Shown: piece by piece, positions 39,122 through 52,964 of the stretch
How the letters are laid out: the number at the start of each line of letters is the position of its first letter
How positions within the stretch are numbered: the first letter of the stretch is position 1
Assembly (NCBI RefSeq): GCF_009914755.1
Contig: NC_060937.1
From: the human T2T-CHM13v2.0 reference genome, Homo sapiens
Length of the DNA: 64,000 bases
Direction: 5' to 3' (one strand)
Made by a program: the position numbers and the translations under genes
The notes under the pieces: model-generated
Told to the model about the DNA's origin: nothing
Database searches by the model: none
The model's input: the letters and a program-made list of their open reading frames with translations, nothing else

Positions 39122-40250
39122 GACAATAGTCATTTTGTTTTACATTTTTCAGTGATGTTGAACATTTTTTACATACCTGTTAACCATTTGTATGCCGTCT
39201 TTTGAGAAATATCTGTTCATGTCATCTTCTACCACAGTTAGAACAATAATTAAAAAGAAAAAAAAACCTAATGCTGGCAAGGATGCAGGGAAAACACTTG
39301 TATGCTGTTGCTAGGAATATAAATTAATATAGCCATTACGAAAAAACATTATAGAGATTTTTCAAAAAACTAAAACTAGAACTACCATACCATCCAACAA
39401 TCCCACTACAGGATATTAAGTCAAAGGAAAATAAATCAGTATATCAAAGAGATACCTGCACTCACATGTTTATTGCAGCACTATTTACAATAGCAAAAGT
39501 ATGGGATCAGTCTAAGTATCCATCAACATATATATGTATGATATTTTATATATACACAATTGAATATTATTCAAGCATTAAAAAGAATGAAATTACATCA
39601 TTTTCAGCAACGTGGATGGAACTGAAGGTCACTATTTTAGGTGAAATAAGCCAGACACAGAAAGACACATGTTCTCACTCATATGTGAGAACTAAAAAAG
39701 TTAATTTCGTGGAGGTAGAGCGTAGAATAGTTGTTACTAGAGGCTAGGAAGGGTGTGTGAATGAGGGCAGATGAAGAGATGTTTGTTAATGGATGCAAAT
39801 AAACAGAATAAGTTCTACTGTTTGATAGCAGAGTAGGTTAACTACAGTTAACAAGCATATTGTATACAGTTAACCCTTGAACAACACAGGTTGTAACTGC
39901 ATGAATCCACTTATGTGCATCTTATTCCAACCAAAAACAGCTCAAAAACATAGTATTCGCAGGATGTGAAACCCACATATACAAAAAGCTGACTTCTTGC
40001 TTACAGGGTTTGCATGCATTTGGTTATATGCCAGCTGTCCTGGAACCAATCCCTCTGCATACTGGGAACAACCATATTTAAAAATAGCTAGATGAGAGGA
40101 TTTTGAATGTTCCACAAACACAGAAATGATAGATACCTGAGGTCATGGATACCCTCAGTACTCTGACTTGATCATTGCCCGTTCTGTACATGTAGCAAGG
40201 TATCACATGTAATCCATAAATACGTACAAATATTATGTATCAATTTAAAA
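39122..40250 (+). mobile_element. L1MA-type 3' end with a short inverted 5' segment (39122-39225), interrupted by MER8
   Basis: Reverse gtgatgttgaacattttt..ccatttgtatg..tcttttgagaaat; forward ...gatacctgcactcacatgtttattgcagcact...; L1MA 3'UTR ending ccataaatacgtacaaatattatgtatcaatt. Confidence 0.88.
39867..40074 (-). mobile_element. MER8-like Tigger MITE
   Basis: cagttaacccttgaacaacacagg...gtcctggaaccaatccctctgcatac; TA dinucleotides at both ends. Confidence 0.85.
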
Positions 40251-40260
40251 AGCATCCAGC

Positions 40261-40808
<548 letters not shown>

Positions 40809-41232
40809 ACTATATATTTTCTTCAAAGTTAAAAATAAGATGATAGCTGCTATTCTCTCTTCTTTTTTAAGCCACATTGTTAATGGTTTTGGGAAAGATA
40901 AAACAAAAAAACATATTTTTAAAAATATCATGAGGATCCATTGTAGAAGCTTTGAGATCATGTATTTAATTTGTCATTCCTATACAGTATAAAAAGCATT
41001 ACAAGTTAAACCTTATTATCATAAGCACAAAGAAACTTTTCAAAGATTACTGTTAACATAAGTTTTCCATTATAAATGTGCTATGCAAGTTTTACTGCTC
41101 AGAGCATTTTGACATTATAACACAGTCTGACTCACATATGGATAGCAATAATCACCTGTTTACCATTTCCACAAAAGGGAAGCTGGAGAGATTTATCTCA
41201 GTCATAACTATTAAATTCTTACAAATGAATAA

Positions 41233-41489
41233 TTTTTTTTTTTGAGATGTAGTCTCACTCTGTCGCCCAGGCTGGAGTTCAGTGGCCCAATCTTGGCTCA
41301 CTGCAACCTCCGCTTCCCAGGTTCAAGTCAATTCTCTGCCTCAGCCTCCTGAGTAGCTGGGATTACAGGCACCTGCCACCATGCACAGCTAATTTTTGTA
41401 TTTTTAGTAGAGACAGGGTTTCACCATCTTGGCCAGGCTGGTCTTGAACTCCTGACCACATGATCCACCCGCCTCGGCCTCCCAAAGTG
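41233..41489 (-). mobile_element. 5'-truncated AluSg-like element with TSD
   Basis: caattctctgcctcagcc, ccatcttggccaggctgg; TSD ACAAATGAATAATTT(T) at 41221 and 41490. Confidence 0.95.
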
Positions 41490-41653
41490 ACAAATGAATA
41501 ATTTTAAATAAAATTAAATGACTTATAGATATTTTGTGTTCTTTTCTCTTGAACAATTCCTGCAAAATATTGTACATTTATATATTTCCAAAATGAAAGA
41601 TGGCCTTAAATTGTATGATAGATATTTTAGTTTATATTTTTATTAAAAAGCCA

Positions 41654-41942
<289 letters not shown>

Positions 41943-41994
41943 TACAGGTAATAATATTTTTATTTCGATTTATAATGAAAAATGAAAGGTTTTT

Positions 41995-42073
41995 TGTGTC
42001 TGCGTGTTTGTGTGTGTGTGTATATATACATGTTTGTGTGTATATATATGTGTTTGTGTGTATATATATATAT
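41995..42073. repeat. (TG)n/(TA)n low-complexity tract
   Basis: Alternating tgtgtg/tatata blocks read directly. Confidence 0.85.
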
Positions 42074-44147
42074 GCAATGTTCTGTGTTAATTCAGTTATT
42101 TCAAGCCCATACATTTTTAAATAATCACGAATATTGAATAGTTACAAAGAACTTTTCAAATTCTTATTCTGTTGGAACATTATACATGGTTACTCACTCT
42201 CATTCTTAAAAAATATGTGTTATTTATTGGAAGTCTTTCAGTTTCAAAAAACTGGCAATCCTAAACCTAGTGAAATTTGTTCATAGCTACCCCTAGGATC
42301 AGATATTGGTAAAAATTTCTGAGTTTTATTCCCACCTCTATTATTCTATGTCATGTTACTTCTATATCCTTCTGTAAATAATTTCATTTATAACAGAATT
42401 TAAGTTTATGTAATGGTCATTTTTCATAATTGGAGCAGGAATAGTTTTAAAAATATTTCTATTTCACTTTTTAGTCTAAAAAATAAAACACTTGAACATA
42501 GGTAGCTACGTACCTTCAGTTTGTGTTGTAGGAAAAAAATTCCTTCTCAGACTAAATTGAAAGTTTTGAACTTGAGGTTTTTACAAGAGCTGCTCTTTAT
42601 AGTAACTCTGTTTAAAGCATTGGTGGTACGCTAATTAGCCTCCTGTCCTGGCTATTGATGGAAAGAATATAAAATACATGCCAGTATTCATGGTGCAATT
42701 TGAAGCTGATGAAGTCAATGCAAATGTCATGTATGGGATTTTTCAGAGAGAGAGGATAGGATGGGGATAGGGACAGAGTGTTCCTCTATGAAAGAAGTGT
42801 TTGTTCAGGCTGCTCAAATGAACTACTTGTTGCTGTGCTCAGCTGGCTCAAATCCACAAACTTTAGACCTCACATGTTCTTAGCATCCCTTTGTTTGGTA
42901 TACTAATACTGTATTTTTAGCAGTTATGAAGATTCCTGACATTGTTCAAGTATCCAAAAACAAAGTGATGATATTTTTGTTATTAATCCACTCTATCAGG
43001 ACAAGAGTTATGTCAAACACCATACACATAACGGCATGTGGCTATATTGTAGATACTAGCACAAAATCAATGAAATCTTTTGCGTTGAACATCTTTGTAT
43101 AGTAGAAATGCACTTGTGTTTGTGTTAATATCATGCACATTTGTCATTAGTCTCTTCTCTATAATATTTTTAAATATGTAATGTGATAATGTTTTACATT
43201 TTATAACATGGTAAAATTTAAGAAGTGTTGTTTTTTAATTATAATTTTTTAAAAATATAGTTTGTTTTACTCACAGAGATACCCAGCAAGTCCTTACGCA
43301 CCCTTAATTCAGCTCCAGAGTAAATTGAATTAAGCTATGGCTCAATTAGAAATTGTGTGTGTGTGTATGTGTATGTTTAGAAAAAAATGGGACAGCAGTG
43401 GCATAAAAAAATAAACACACTGTTTATCATTATGTAAGTGCAGTGATTTCTAAATTTGATATAAATGCACCACTTTTAACTTAAAAGGATTATATTCCAG
43501 GATAGTAAACTAGATAAGAAACATAAAAATATAGGTACCAATCAGAGCTAGAAATATATTTTTAAGGATAAGAACAGATATAAAATATTGCAGCAAGCTT
43601 ATTTTAAATATAGTTATGATAAAAATTCAAAAAAATTGAAATCTTTAATCAGCTAAGTATAGATCAATGATGAGCTGTTAAGGAATTACTGATCAAATAT
43701 AAGTTTGGAAATGTGTTAATAATTTTACTTTATTATTTTGAATTTGGCATTGTACTAACATTATGGAAATGCTTACATTCATTATAGGTCATGTGGTATA
43801 ATAGTCAGATATTTAATAGAAGAGCTTACAAATAGTGTAGCTCACTAATAGCTTATATCAAACAATCAATTAACCAATATCATAAATAAAAATATTTGAA
43901 GTGAGATATTTTAAATTGGGGAAATAATTTTAAAATGTATAAACTAAATTATTGAATAGCATTACACTGTAATGTATTAATATAGTATTTTAAAGAAGGA
44001 TCTCAAATAGATTTAGGTTCAACCAAATACTAGAAAAATGATAAAATAATAGATATCTAAAACTGCAAAATTTTTATCAAAATATTTAATAAAGTTGTTT
44101 GTTTTACTCTTTCCCTCAAGATACCCCAAATAGAAAAGAAACTACAT

Positions 44148-44324
44148 TGTGAGTCTCAAACTTTGGAATGTACTAGAAACACTTGGAAGTCTTGTTAAAA
44201 CTTAGATCACTGGGCTCAACTTTCTGATTGAGAAGGTCTGGGGTAGGACCTGTGAATAAGCATTTTTAACAAGCTCCCCAGTGATAGCAGTGCTGTGGTG
44301 AACACCACACTTTAAAAACCACTA
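44148..44324 (-). mobile_element. MER5A-like hAT-Charlie DNA transposon
   Basis: ctcaaacttt...cttgttaaaac..agatcactgggc...tttctgatt...ggtctggggtagg...taacaagctcccca.tgat...accacactttaaaaaccact. Confidence 0.85.
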
Positions 44325-45189
44325 GACTACTAACAAAATAAGGAGATATCAGCATACATGATGTATAAAAATGCAAAGCCAAATTAAATTTCCACTATTT
44401 TCAAGGATATGATTGCATTTTTGTTTTCACTTATCAATTTAAACAGTGTGAACCAAGTGAGGTATATTAAGTGACTTTATTTATCCCTTCATCCAATCAT
44501 GGGTCTATAATTTTATGGTCTTTGTTAGGTATGAAAATGTTAGAAAAATTTTTCAACTTAATCCTCTATTCTGATGTCTATTCAATGTTTGTCTTCTTTT
44601 CCTCTCTGCCTATGTCCAGCTTGATTCATGGTCTTAGTAACCCAAGTGCTTTAGGTGGTATGGTCTGTTTTCTCACTGCTACCTCACTTTTTTGGATTCC
44701 TTCAACCTCTACTGGGTTTATATAGAAACAAGAAAAGTAGAAAGGGACAAATGTTTCTTTCAGCTACTTTTTCCTTCCTCTCTTCTCTAACAGTAGGAGA
44801 TTACTGTTATCCTCTGTAACAAAAGTCTGAGGTCTGGCCATCTCCCTGCCTACATGGATAAACCTCCTGACTAGAGATCCCTAATGAGGGTGAATTCTTC
44901 TAGCTCACCTTCTTCTAACTCTTCTTCAACTACCATCCTACAGTCTTTTGTTCATTTGGCTGCCAGCCAGCCTTCCCAATGGAGAAACTGGCAACCTGCT
45001 TGAAAATTTTATTATCATCTACTATAAATACAATGGAAATTTCATGCATCCTTGCCACATGGAGTGATGGTTATGCTTGCAGTTCCACCACACATCTCCT
45101 TTCTGCCTAGGATGGTCACTTTGATTTTCTCCTTTTGATAGTCTGTTCTTGCATAAAACTATCACCCCTGCTTAATAAGGACAAGTAAC

Positions 45190-45590
45190 TGAAATAGGAG
45201 ATTCAGGAAATAAATTCAAGATCAAAGATGAGTTGATTTTGGAAGTTCATATTTTGAGTAAAACTGAGATATTCAAGAAGAGATATTGGATGGAACTCAT
45301 TGATTTAGCATCATACATGTCTCAAAAAACTTTGAAGCCATGGTTCAAAATGAGATCTCTAAGGGTAAGTGTGTGAAGGAAAAATTAGAGAGGAAGAGGA
45401 ATAGAAACTTTTGTTGGATAAGTAGGAACAGAGAATCGGTTAGAATGTTCAAAAAAAAATTGACAATATGGAGGCATCACTAGAGCAAGGCAGGCTTCCA
45501 GATTGTGTCAAAGTTACACAGAAATAGAGTAAGATTGATGCAAATCAGCTGGGTTGTCAAATTTAACTCATTGGTGGAATTTCTGCTTTT
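45190..45590 (-). mobile_element. L2 fragment, highly decayed
   Basis: gatgagttgattttggaag...gagatattcaagaagagatatt...gaagccatgg...tgagatctctaagggtaagtgtgtg. Confidence 0.5.
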
Positions 45591-46399
45591 TAGTAGAAAT
45601 AGTAGGTTATGGCAGACTGACATTCCCACTAAAGACTGTGGGAAAAGCTAGGTAAAATACTAAAATAATTTAATTAAACTCATCAGATAATTATAGATGC
45701 AAACAAGTTTATGTTGATAAAACTTCAGACAAAGAATACTTCTCAAAAGTGAGCTAATGATGGCAGACCCTTTCTCCCCAGGGTATTTCTTATTATGAGT
45801 ATAGGTTCAAGGCTGAGGATTGAGGTTTGGCTAAGGATTGAGGTTCAGCTCAGGCAGAGCATGAGCACCCTGCTGACAGAAACAGTTGCCACCAAATCTT
45901 GTACTGGTTGTGCAGAACCGGAGTGACAAAATTGAAGACCTGGTAATCCTGAATAACAAAAGGAAAACTGGAAAATTCACATGTGGAGACTAAACAACAT
46001 GTACTTGGACAACCATTGGGTCAAAGTAAAAAAATCAAAAAGGAAATTAGAAAATACTTCAAGTAAAATGAAAATGAAAACACGACATACCAAAGCCAAT
46101 GGAAGTTCATAGTGCCCAACTCCTATATTAAAAAACAAGAAAGATCTCAAATAACCTAACTTTACACCTCAAGGGACTAAAAAAAGACTAAAATCTTAGT
46201 CCAAATTTAGGAGAAGAAAGGAAACCACAAACAGCAGAAATAAATGATACAAAAAGCATCAGAAAAAAAAATCAACAAAATTAACAGTTGGTGGAATTTT
46301 TTAAAGATAAGCAAAATTTATAAACTCTTAACTAAACTAAGGAAAAAAGAGAAAACTCAAAGAGATAAAATCAGTAATGAAATAAAAGACATTACAACT

Positions 46400-46642
46400 A
46401 TTGGGAGCTCAGCTATGAAAACGCAAAGGCAACAGAATGACACAATGGACTTTGGGGACTCAGGGAAAAGGGTGGAAGAAGGGCGAGGGATAAAAGACAC
46501 ATTGGGTACAGTGTACACTTATTGAGTGATGGGTGCACCAAAATCTCAGAAATCATCACCAAAGAACTTATTCATGTAACCAAATAATGATAATAATAAC
46601 AATAAGAATAATTTGAAAAGTTAAAAAAAAAAAAAAAAAAAA
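46400..46642 (+). mobile_element. L1PB 3' end (5'-truncated) with poly-A
   Basis: gggagctcagctatga..acgcaaaggc...acaatggactttggggactcaggg...gggataaaagac...gatgggtgcaccaaaatctcagaaatca; A20 tail. Confidence 0.9.
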
Positions 46643-46810
46643 GGAGAGCCTTTAGAGCTATCTGGATCTCCTTTTACCATGTTAGGATACAATGAGAAGT
46701 CAGCAGTCTGCAACTTGGAAGAGAGCCTTCACAGAACCTGACTGTGCTGGCATTCTGACCTCAGAATTTTAGCCTTCAGAGCTGAGAGAAATAAATTTCT
46801 GTTGTTTATA
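46643..46810 (+). mobile_element. MLT1A-like LTR internal fragment ending just after its AATAAA
   Basis: ccatgttaggatacaatgagaagtcagcagtctgcaac..ggaagagagcc...tgctggcattctgacctcaga..ttagccttcaga.ctgagagaaataaatttctgttgtttata. Confidence 0.85.
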
Positions 46811-48885
46811 TATATTTTTAAAAAGACATTACAATTGATGCCACGGCAATAATAAGGATTATGAGACCTTACTATAAACAATTATACTCCAATGATTTGT
46901 ACAGCCTAGAAAAAATGAATAAATTCTTTGAAATATACAAATCACCAAGAATAATTTATAAAGAAATAGAAAGCCTAAACAGGCCTACAGCTAATGTACA
47001 GAATGAATAGGCAATCAAAAACCTCCTAAAAATAAAAAAAGTTCTGTATCTGATGGCATCACTAATAAATTCCACCAAACAAGTAAAGAAGGAATAACAT
47101 CAATCTTTCTTCAACTTTTCCAAAAAAATGAAGAGAGAACACTGTCAAACTGATTTTATGAGGCCAGCATTACACTGATACCAAAGGCAGACAAACAAAA
47201 AAGAGAAAACTGCAGATGAAAATCCTCGATGAATCTAGATGCAAAAGCCTCAGCAAACTACTAGCACATTCAATCTAACAATGTATTAAGGACAACACAT
47301 CATAGCCAAGTGGGACTCATCTCTAGGATTCAAGCATGCTTCAACATATGAAAATCAATTAGTGTGATATACCATATTAACAATATACAGAATGAAAATC
47401 TCAGAGTAATTTAAATAGATGCAGAAAAAGCATTTGACAAATTCAACAACTTTTTGTGATTTAAAAAAGAAACTCTCAACAAAATAGGAATAGAATGAAA
47501 TTACCTCGACATAACAAAGGCCATGTATGAAAACCTCACAGATTTTTCAATGCTCAATGATGAAAAGCAGAGCTTTTCCTCTGATATCACGAACAAGGTA
47601 CGGATACACATTTTCACCACTTCTATTCAACATAGCACAGGAAATCCTAGCTAGAGTAGTAGAGAAAGAAATAAAGGAATCCAAACCACACAAAAAATAA
47701 GTAAAATTGCCCTCGTTTGCAGATATAATCATATATATACATGATCCTAAAGACTCCTTAAAAAACTGTTAAAATAAAAAAAAAATTAATAAAGTTGCAT
47801 GATACAAAATTAACATACAAAAGTACGTTGTGTTTTTTCACACTAACAACAAACCAAAAAGAAAATTAGGAAAATAGTCTCATCTACAATAACACCAAAA
47901 AGATTAAAATAGCAAAAAAAAATTGGTTTTAATAAGCAAAGTCTTTGAATAGACATTTCTCCAAGGAAGACATACAAATGACCAGCAACTATATGGAAAG
48001 ATGCTCAACATCACTAATTATCAGGAAAATGCAAATTGAAACTGCAAAATGCTATCACCTCACAACTGTTAGAATGACTATTGTCCTAAAGATAAAAGGT
48101 AAGTGTTGACAAGGATGTGGAAAAAAAAGAAACCCTTGCATACTTGGTAAGAACGTAAAATATTTCATCCATTGTGGAAAACGCTATGAAGGTTCCTCAA
48201 AAAATTAAAAATGTAACTACCATGTGATGCACCATTCCCACTTCCGAATATACATTCAGAAGAGTTGAAATCAGAAACTCAAAGAGATATTACCACTCCA
48301 TGTCCATTGAAGCATTATTTACAATAGCCAACATGCAGAAACAATCTAACTGTCCACTGAAAGATAAATAGATAAAGAATATATGGTTTACACATTAAAT
48401 AGAATACTACAAAAGAAGGAAATTCTTCAATATTTGACAACATGGATGAATTTGGAGAACAGTATAACCCAGTCACAGAAAGACAAATATTGCACGATTC
48501 TACTTACTTAGGGGGGCATCAAAAATCATCAAATGTATAAAGTCAAAGAATGGATTGGTGGTTACCAGGAGCTGGGAAGAAGGGAATATGGAAAGTAGCT
48601 AATCATGGAGCATAAAGGTTCAGCCAAGCAAGTAAAATAAGCTCTAGGGATCTGCTGTACAACATTTTACCTGTTATCAACCACGTATTGTATACTTAAA
48701 AATTTGAGAGAGTAGATCTCATGTTAAGTGTTCCTACCATAGTAAAACACAAAGGAAAAAATAGACATTTCAGGAATGTTTGTTTCAAATTTATTTCCAT
48801 CTGAAAACATTGAGGGAAAAAATAAACTCATTCAATTCTGGACTACAGTCAATATGTAGAAATGCTTTTCCTTCATCTGATATAA

Positions 48886-49262
48886 TTTTATTTATTTTTA
48901 TTTTTTAATTGACAAGTATAAATTTTATATAGTTATACACACCATTATGTTTTGATATATTTATACATTTGTGGAATGGCTAAATTGTGCTACTTAACAT
49001 ATACATGATCTCACATACTTCTTTTTTAGTGAGAAAACTGTAAAATCTACTCTTCAAACAATTTTCAAGTATGCAATATATTGTTATTAACTATAGTTGC
49101 CATAATGCCAATACATCGCTTGAACTTATTTATTTTGCGTGACTGAAATTTTGTTCCTTTTACCAACATCTTTTCAATCTCCGTAGCCCCAGCCTCTGGA
49201 AATCATTATTTTACTCTCTGGTTCTATGAGTTTGACATTTTTAGATTCCCATGAGTAGAATC
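48886..49262 (-). mobile_element. L1MA8/9-type 3' end
   Basis: tttttaattgacaag...atacatttgtggaatggctaa...aaaatctactc...aattttcaagtatgcaatatattgttattaactatagt...tttagattcc. Confidence 0.88.
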
Positions 49263-49394
49263 TTAAATGGCATCCTTGAGAGAAAATTCCAAGAAAGAAA
49301 ATTCTAATTTCCCTGACGATTCTATATTTTCTAGCTTATGGTCATTTACATTCCTAAAAAAAATCATCATAAGAACTGACATTTATTTGATACT

Positions 49395-49768
49395 TGCATT
49401 TGTCTGTTTTCACGTTGCTAATAAAGACATATCCAAGACTGGGCAAATCACAAAAGGAAGAGGTTTAACTGGACTTACAGTTCCACCTGGCTGGGGAAGC
49501 CTCACAATCATGGTGGAAGACAAGGAGGAGTAAGTCCCTTCTTAAGTGGATGGCAGCAGGAAGAGAGAGAATCAGGAAGACCCAAAAGCGCAAACCCCTG
49601 ATAAAACCATCAGAGCTCCTGAGACTTATTCAACACCACGAGAACAGTATGGGGGAAACCGGCCCCATGATTCAATTATCTCCCACCGGGTCCCTCCCAC
49701 AACACGTGGAAATTATGGGAGCACAATTCAAGATGAGATTTGGGTGGGGACACAGACAAACCTTATTA
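49395..49768 (-). mobile_element. THE1A-like MaLR solo LTR
   Basis: tgttttcacgttgctaataaagacat...caggaagacccaaaagcgcaaacccctgataaaaccatcaga...attcaagatgagatttgggtggggacacag; TSD atact/atatt. Confidence 0.92.
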
Positions 49769-49778
49769 ATATTTACTT

Positions 49779-50635
<857 letters not shown>

Positions 50636-50644
50636 ACATATTCT

Positions 50645-51092
50645 TAAGGAATGCAAATTATACTAATAATGAAATACTACTATACACCACTAGAATGGTG
50701 ATTATCATTAAGAGTGACAATATCAAGTATTGGCAAGGATATGGAGAAACTGAAACACTTTTACATTGTTGATGGGACCCTAATGTTATGCATAAGCAAA
50801 AATATTATGCTTAGTTAAAAAGACCAGGCACAAAAGAAGCCAGATAACATTTATATGAGAGTCCAGAGAAGACAAATTTATAAAAATAGAATGGGAATCG
50901 GCAGTTTCCTGTTGCTAGGCATAAGAGCAGGGATTGACTTCACACAGGCATGAGGAATGTTTTTGTGTGAAGAAAACTAAAACTGGATTGTGGTGGTGGT
51001 TGTGCAACTGTGTGTATTTACTAAATATTACTTGAGTAATACACTTACATATGGTGAATTTAGATTATACTTCACTAAAGCAATTTAAAAAG
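50645..51092 (+). mobile_element. L1MB8/L1ME-type 3' end with internal deletion
   Basis: caccactagaatgg...tggcaaggatatggagaaactgaaacact...aactggattgtggtggtggttgtgcaact...ggtgaattt..attatacttcactaaag. Confidence 0.8.
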
Positions 51093-52339
51093 AAAGAATA
51101 GGCACTCACAATACATCTGAATTTTAGATGCAAGAAAACGAAAAGTAATATTTTTAATTCAGATGACTATGAATTATATCAAAGACAATGTTAAAACTAC
51201 CATACCATGCTTAATATCCTTTGGTACCACTCAATGCAAATCCCACTGCTTTTGTATCATCTCTACACCATAACTCTCATTAATTCCCCTTTTCTAACAA
51301 AAGTTCTACTGCCCTACTCTCACTCAACCCTTCTGGTGATTTCCTATGAAGTCACTATTCTGTAATGAACAATTTCCTCTAAATCCAGAATCTTTCACAG
51401 AGATCTTTAACCTCCTTGCCTTCATTGAAAATGTATATCCTTGAGAATCATGCCTCTTATATCCCTGTGAAGTAAAAGGACCTCTTACTCTGACATCACA
51501 GGTATTCCTTACACCCTGCCACTTCCACACGATTACATTTATGCCCTTTTATACCAAGCTCCGTTCATTGAAGCTTATCTATGCTATCATAATGCACTCT
51601 TCTTTTATTGAAAAAAATGCAGTGCATTACAAATGGTTCACAAAAATGCCATTTAGCTATATCTGTCTACTTTATGTTTATAAATGGCAGTGGCTTTGCA
51701 GAATTTCTGAGTATTTTATATTGCACTCAGTTTCCTATTACAAACAAAGAACTATATTGTACAGTGCTGGAAAATCCTTCAAATTAGGCTAGACGTGATG
51801 CTTAATCTAAAGTTATTACCCAGAGTTAGAAAACTCATCGGGAACATAGACATATAATCATCTATGCAAACAAAGAACTAGGAATCTTCCCAGCTACCTC
51901 AAACTTGATATTCTTCTGTGGTATTTAAACCTACTTCTCATTTTTAAAAGCAAAAATAACTTACATGTCTGCCACTGTGAAATATTTTAGACTCTACGCC
52001 ATGTGTCTACATGACATTCACAAACAACCCAGCAAACCACCCCTTTACCACATCCTACATCCCAGATATTTTCCTTCTTGCCAGCGTAGTTTTGTGGTGT
52101 TAAATTGGCTCAAAGGCACACATGCACACATACACACAAACACACACACACCATCAAAATCAAAATACTCAAAAAAACTAAATAAATAATGTTAGATATA
52201 TCAATGTATAAAATAAGTAAAATACATATCCAAATCTCAAATGTAGTATTTCTATTTAAATTACTTTTTGATTCTTTATCCAAATACCTAGTTCAAATGT
52301 TCAAATTATTAAACCAACTAAAGAACATATTTATGGCTT

Positions 52340-52478
52340 GTTTTTAGAGAGAGAGTCCCACTCTGTTGCCCATGCTGGAGTGCAGTGGTGCAAGTCTCGA
52401 ACCCCTGAGCTCACGTAATCCTCCTGCCTCAGTCTGCCAAGTAGGTAGGACTACAGGCATGCACCATGACACTCAGCC
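52340..52478 (-). mobile_element. Free Alu monomer (FRAM/FAM/FLAM-like) with TSD
   Basis: Single Alu arm flanked by catatttatggctt (52326-52339) / catgtttatagctt (52479-52492). Confidence 0.85.
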
Positions 52479-52914
52479 CATGTTTATAGCTTCAAGTAGA
52501 ACATAAACTTTCCATTTCCCAAAAGCATACCTTTGACAAAGTTAAACACTAAATTTAAGCAGTTTCTTTACAGGTAAGCTGTAACTAATTTAAGTATTAT
52601 TTAAACAAACTAAATCCACTTATTTGAAAAACAGATTTTTAATCCATTAGTTATTGGCTGTCCTCTTTTAAGGTATAATGTATTAATATTTATTAAATGA
52701 ACCAACTTCATCAACACTATTCATATTCAAATGATTGGTGTACAATCTCATATCTCCTATTATCCACTTTTCTGTACTTCCTGTATTCTCGTACATTCTC
52801 TCCTTGCTTTGAACAGTAATCAAGCTCTCTTTATGCTTTGGCAGAATCTAGAAATCAGAATGAGGCAATATGTTAGATTTTCCTCCTTTCTTTACCTTTT
52901 TATTGTGTGTGTTC

Positions 52915-52915
<1 letters not shown>

Positions 52916-52957
<42 letters not shown>
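52916..52957. repeat. (TG)21 microsatellite
   Basis: Perfect 42-bp run read directly. Confidence 0.97.

Positions 52958-52964
<7 letters not shown>

Larger units (their letters stand above)
45952..48748 (+). mobile_element. L1MB-type LINE-1 (ORF2 + 3'UTR) with internal deletions; hosts the nested L1PB insertion
   Basis: ggaaaattcacatgtgg..actaaacaac, gatgcagaaaaagcatttgacaaa, tttgcagat; 3'UTR gatctgctgtacaacatt...gagagtagatctcatgttaagtgttc. Confidence 0.9.
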
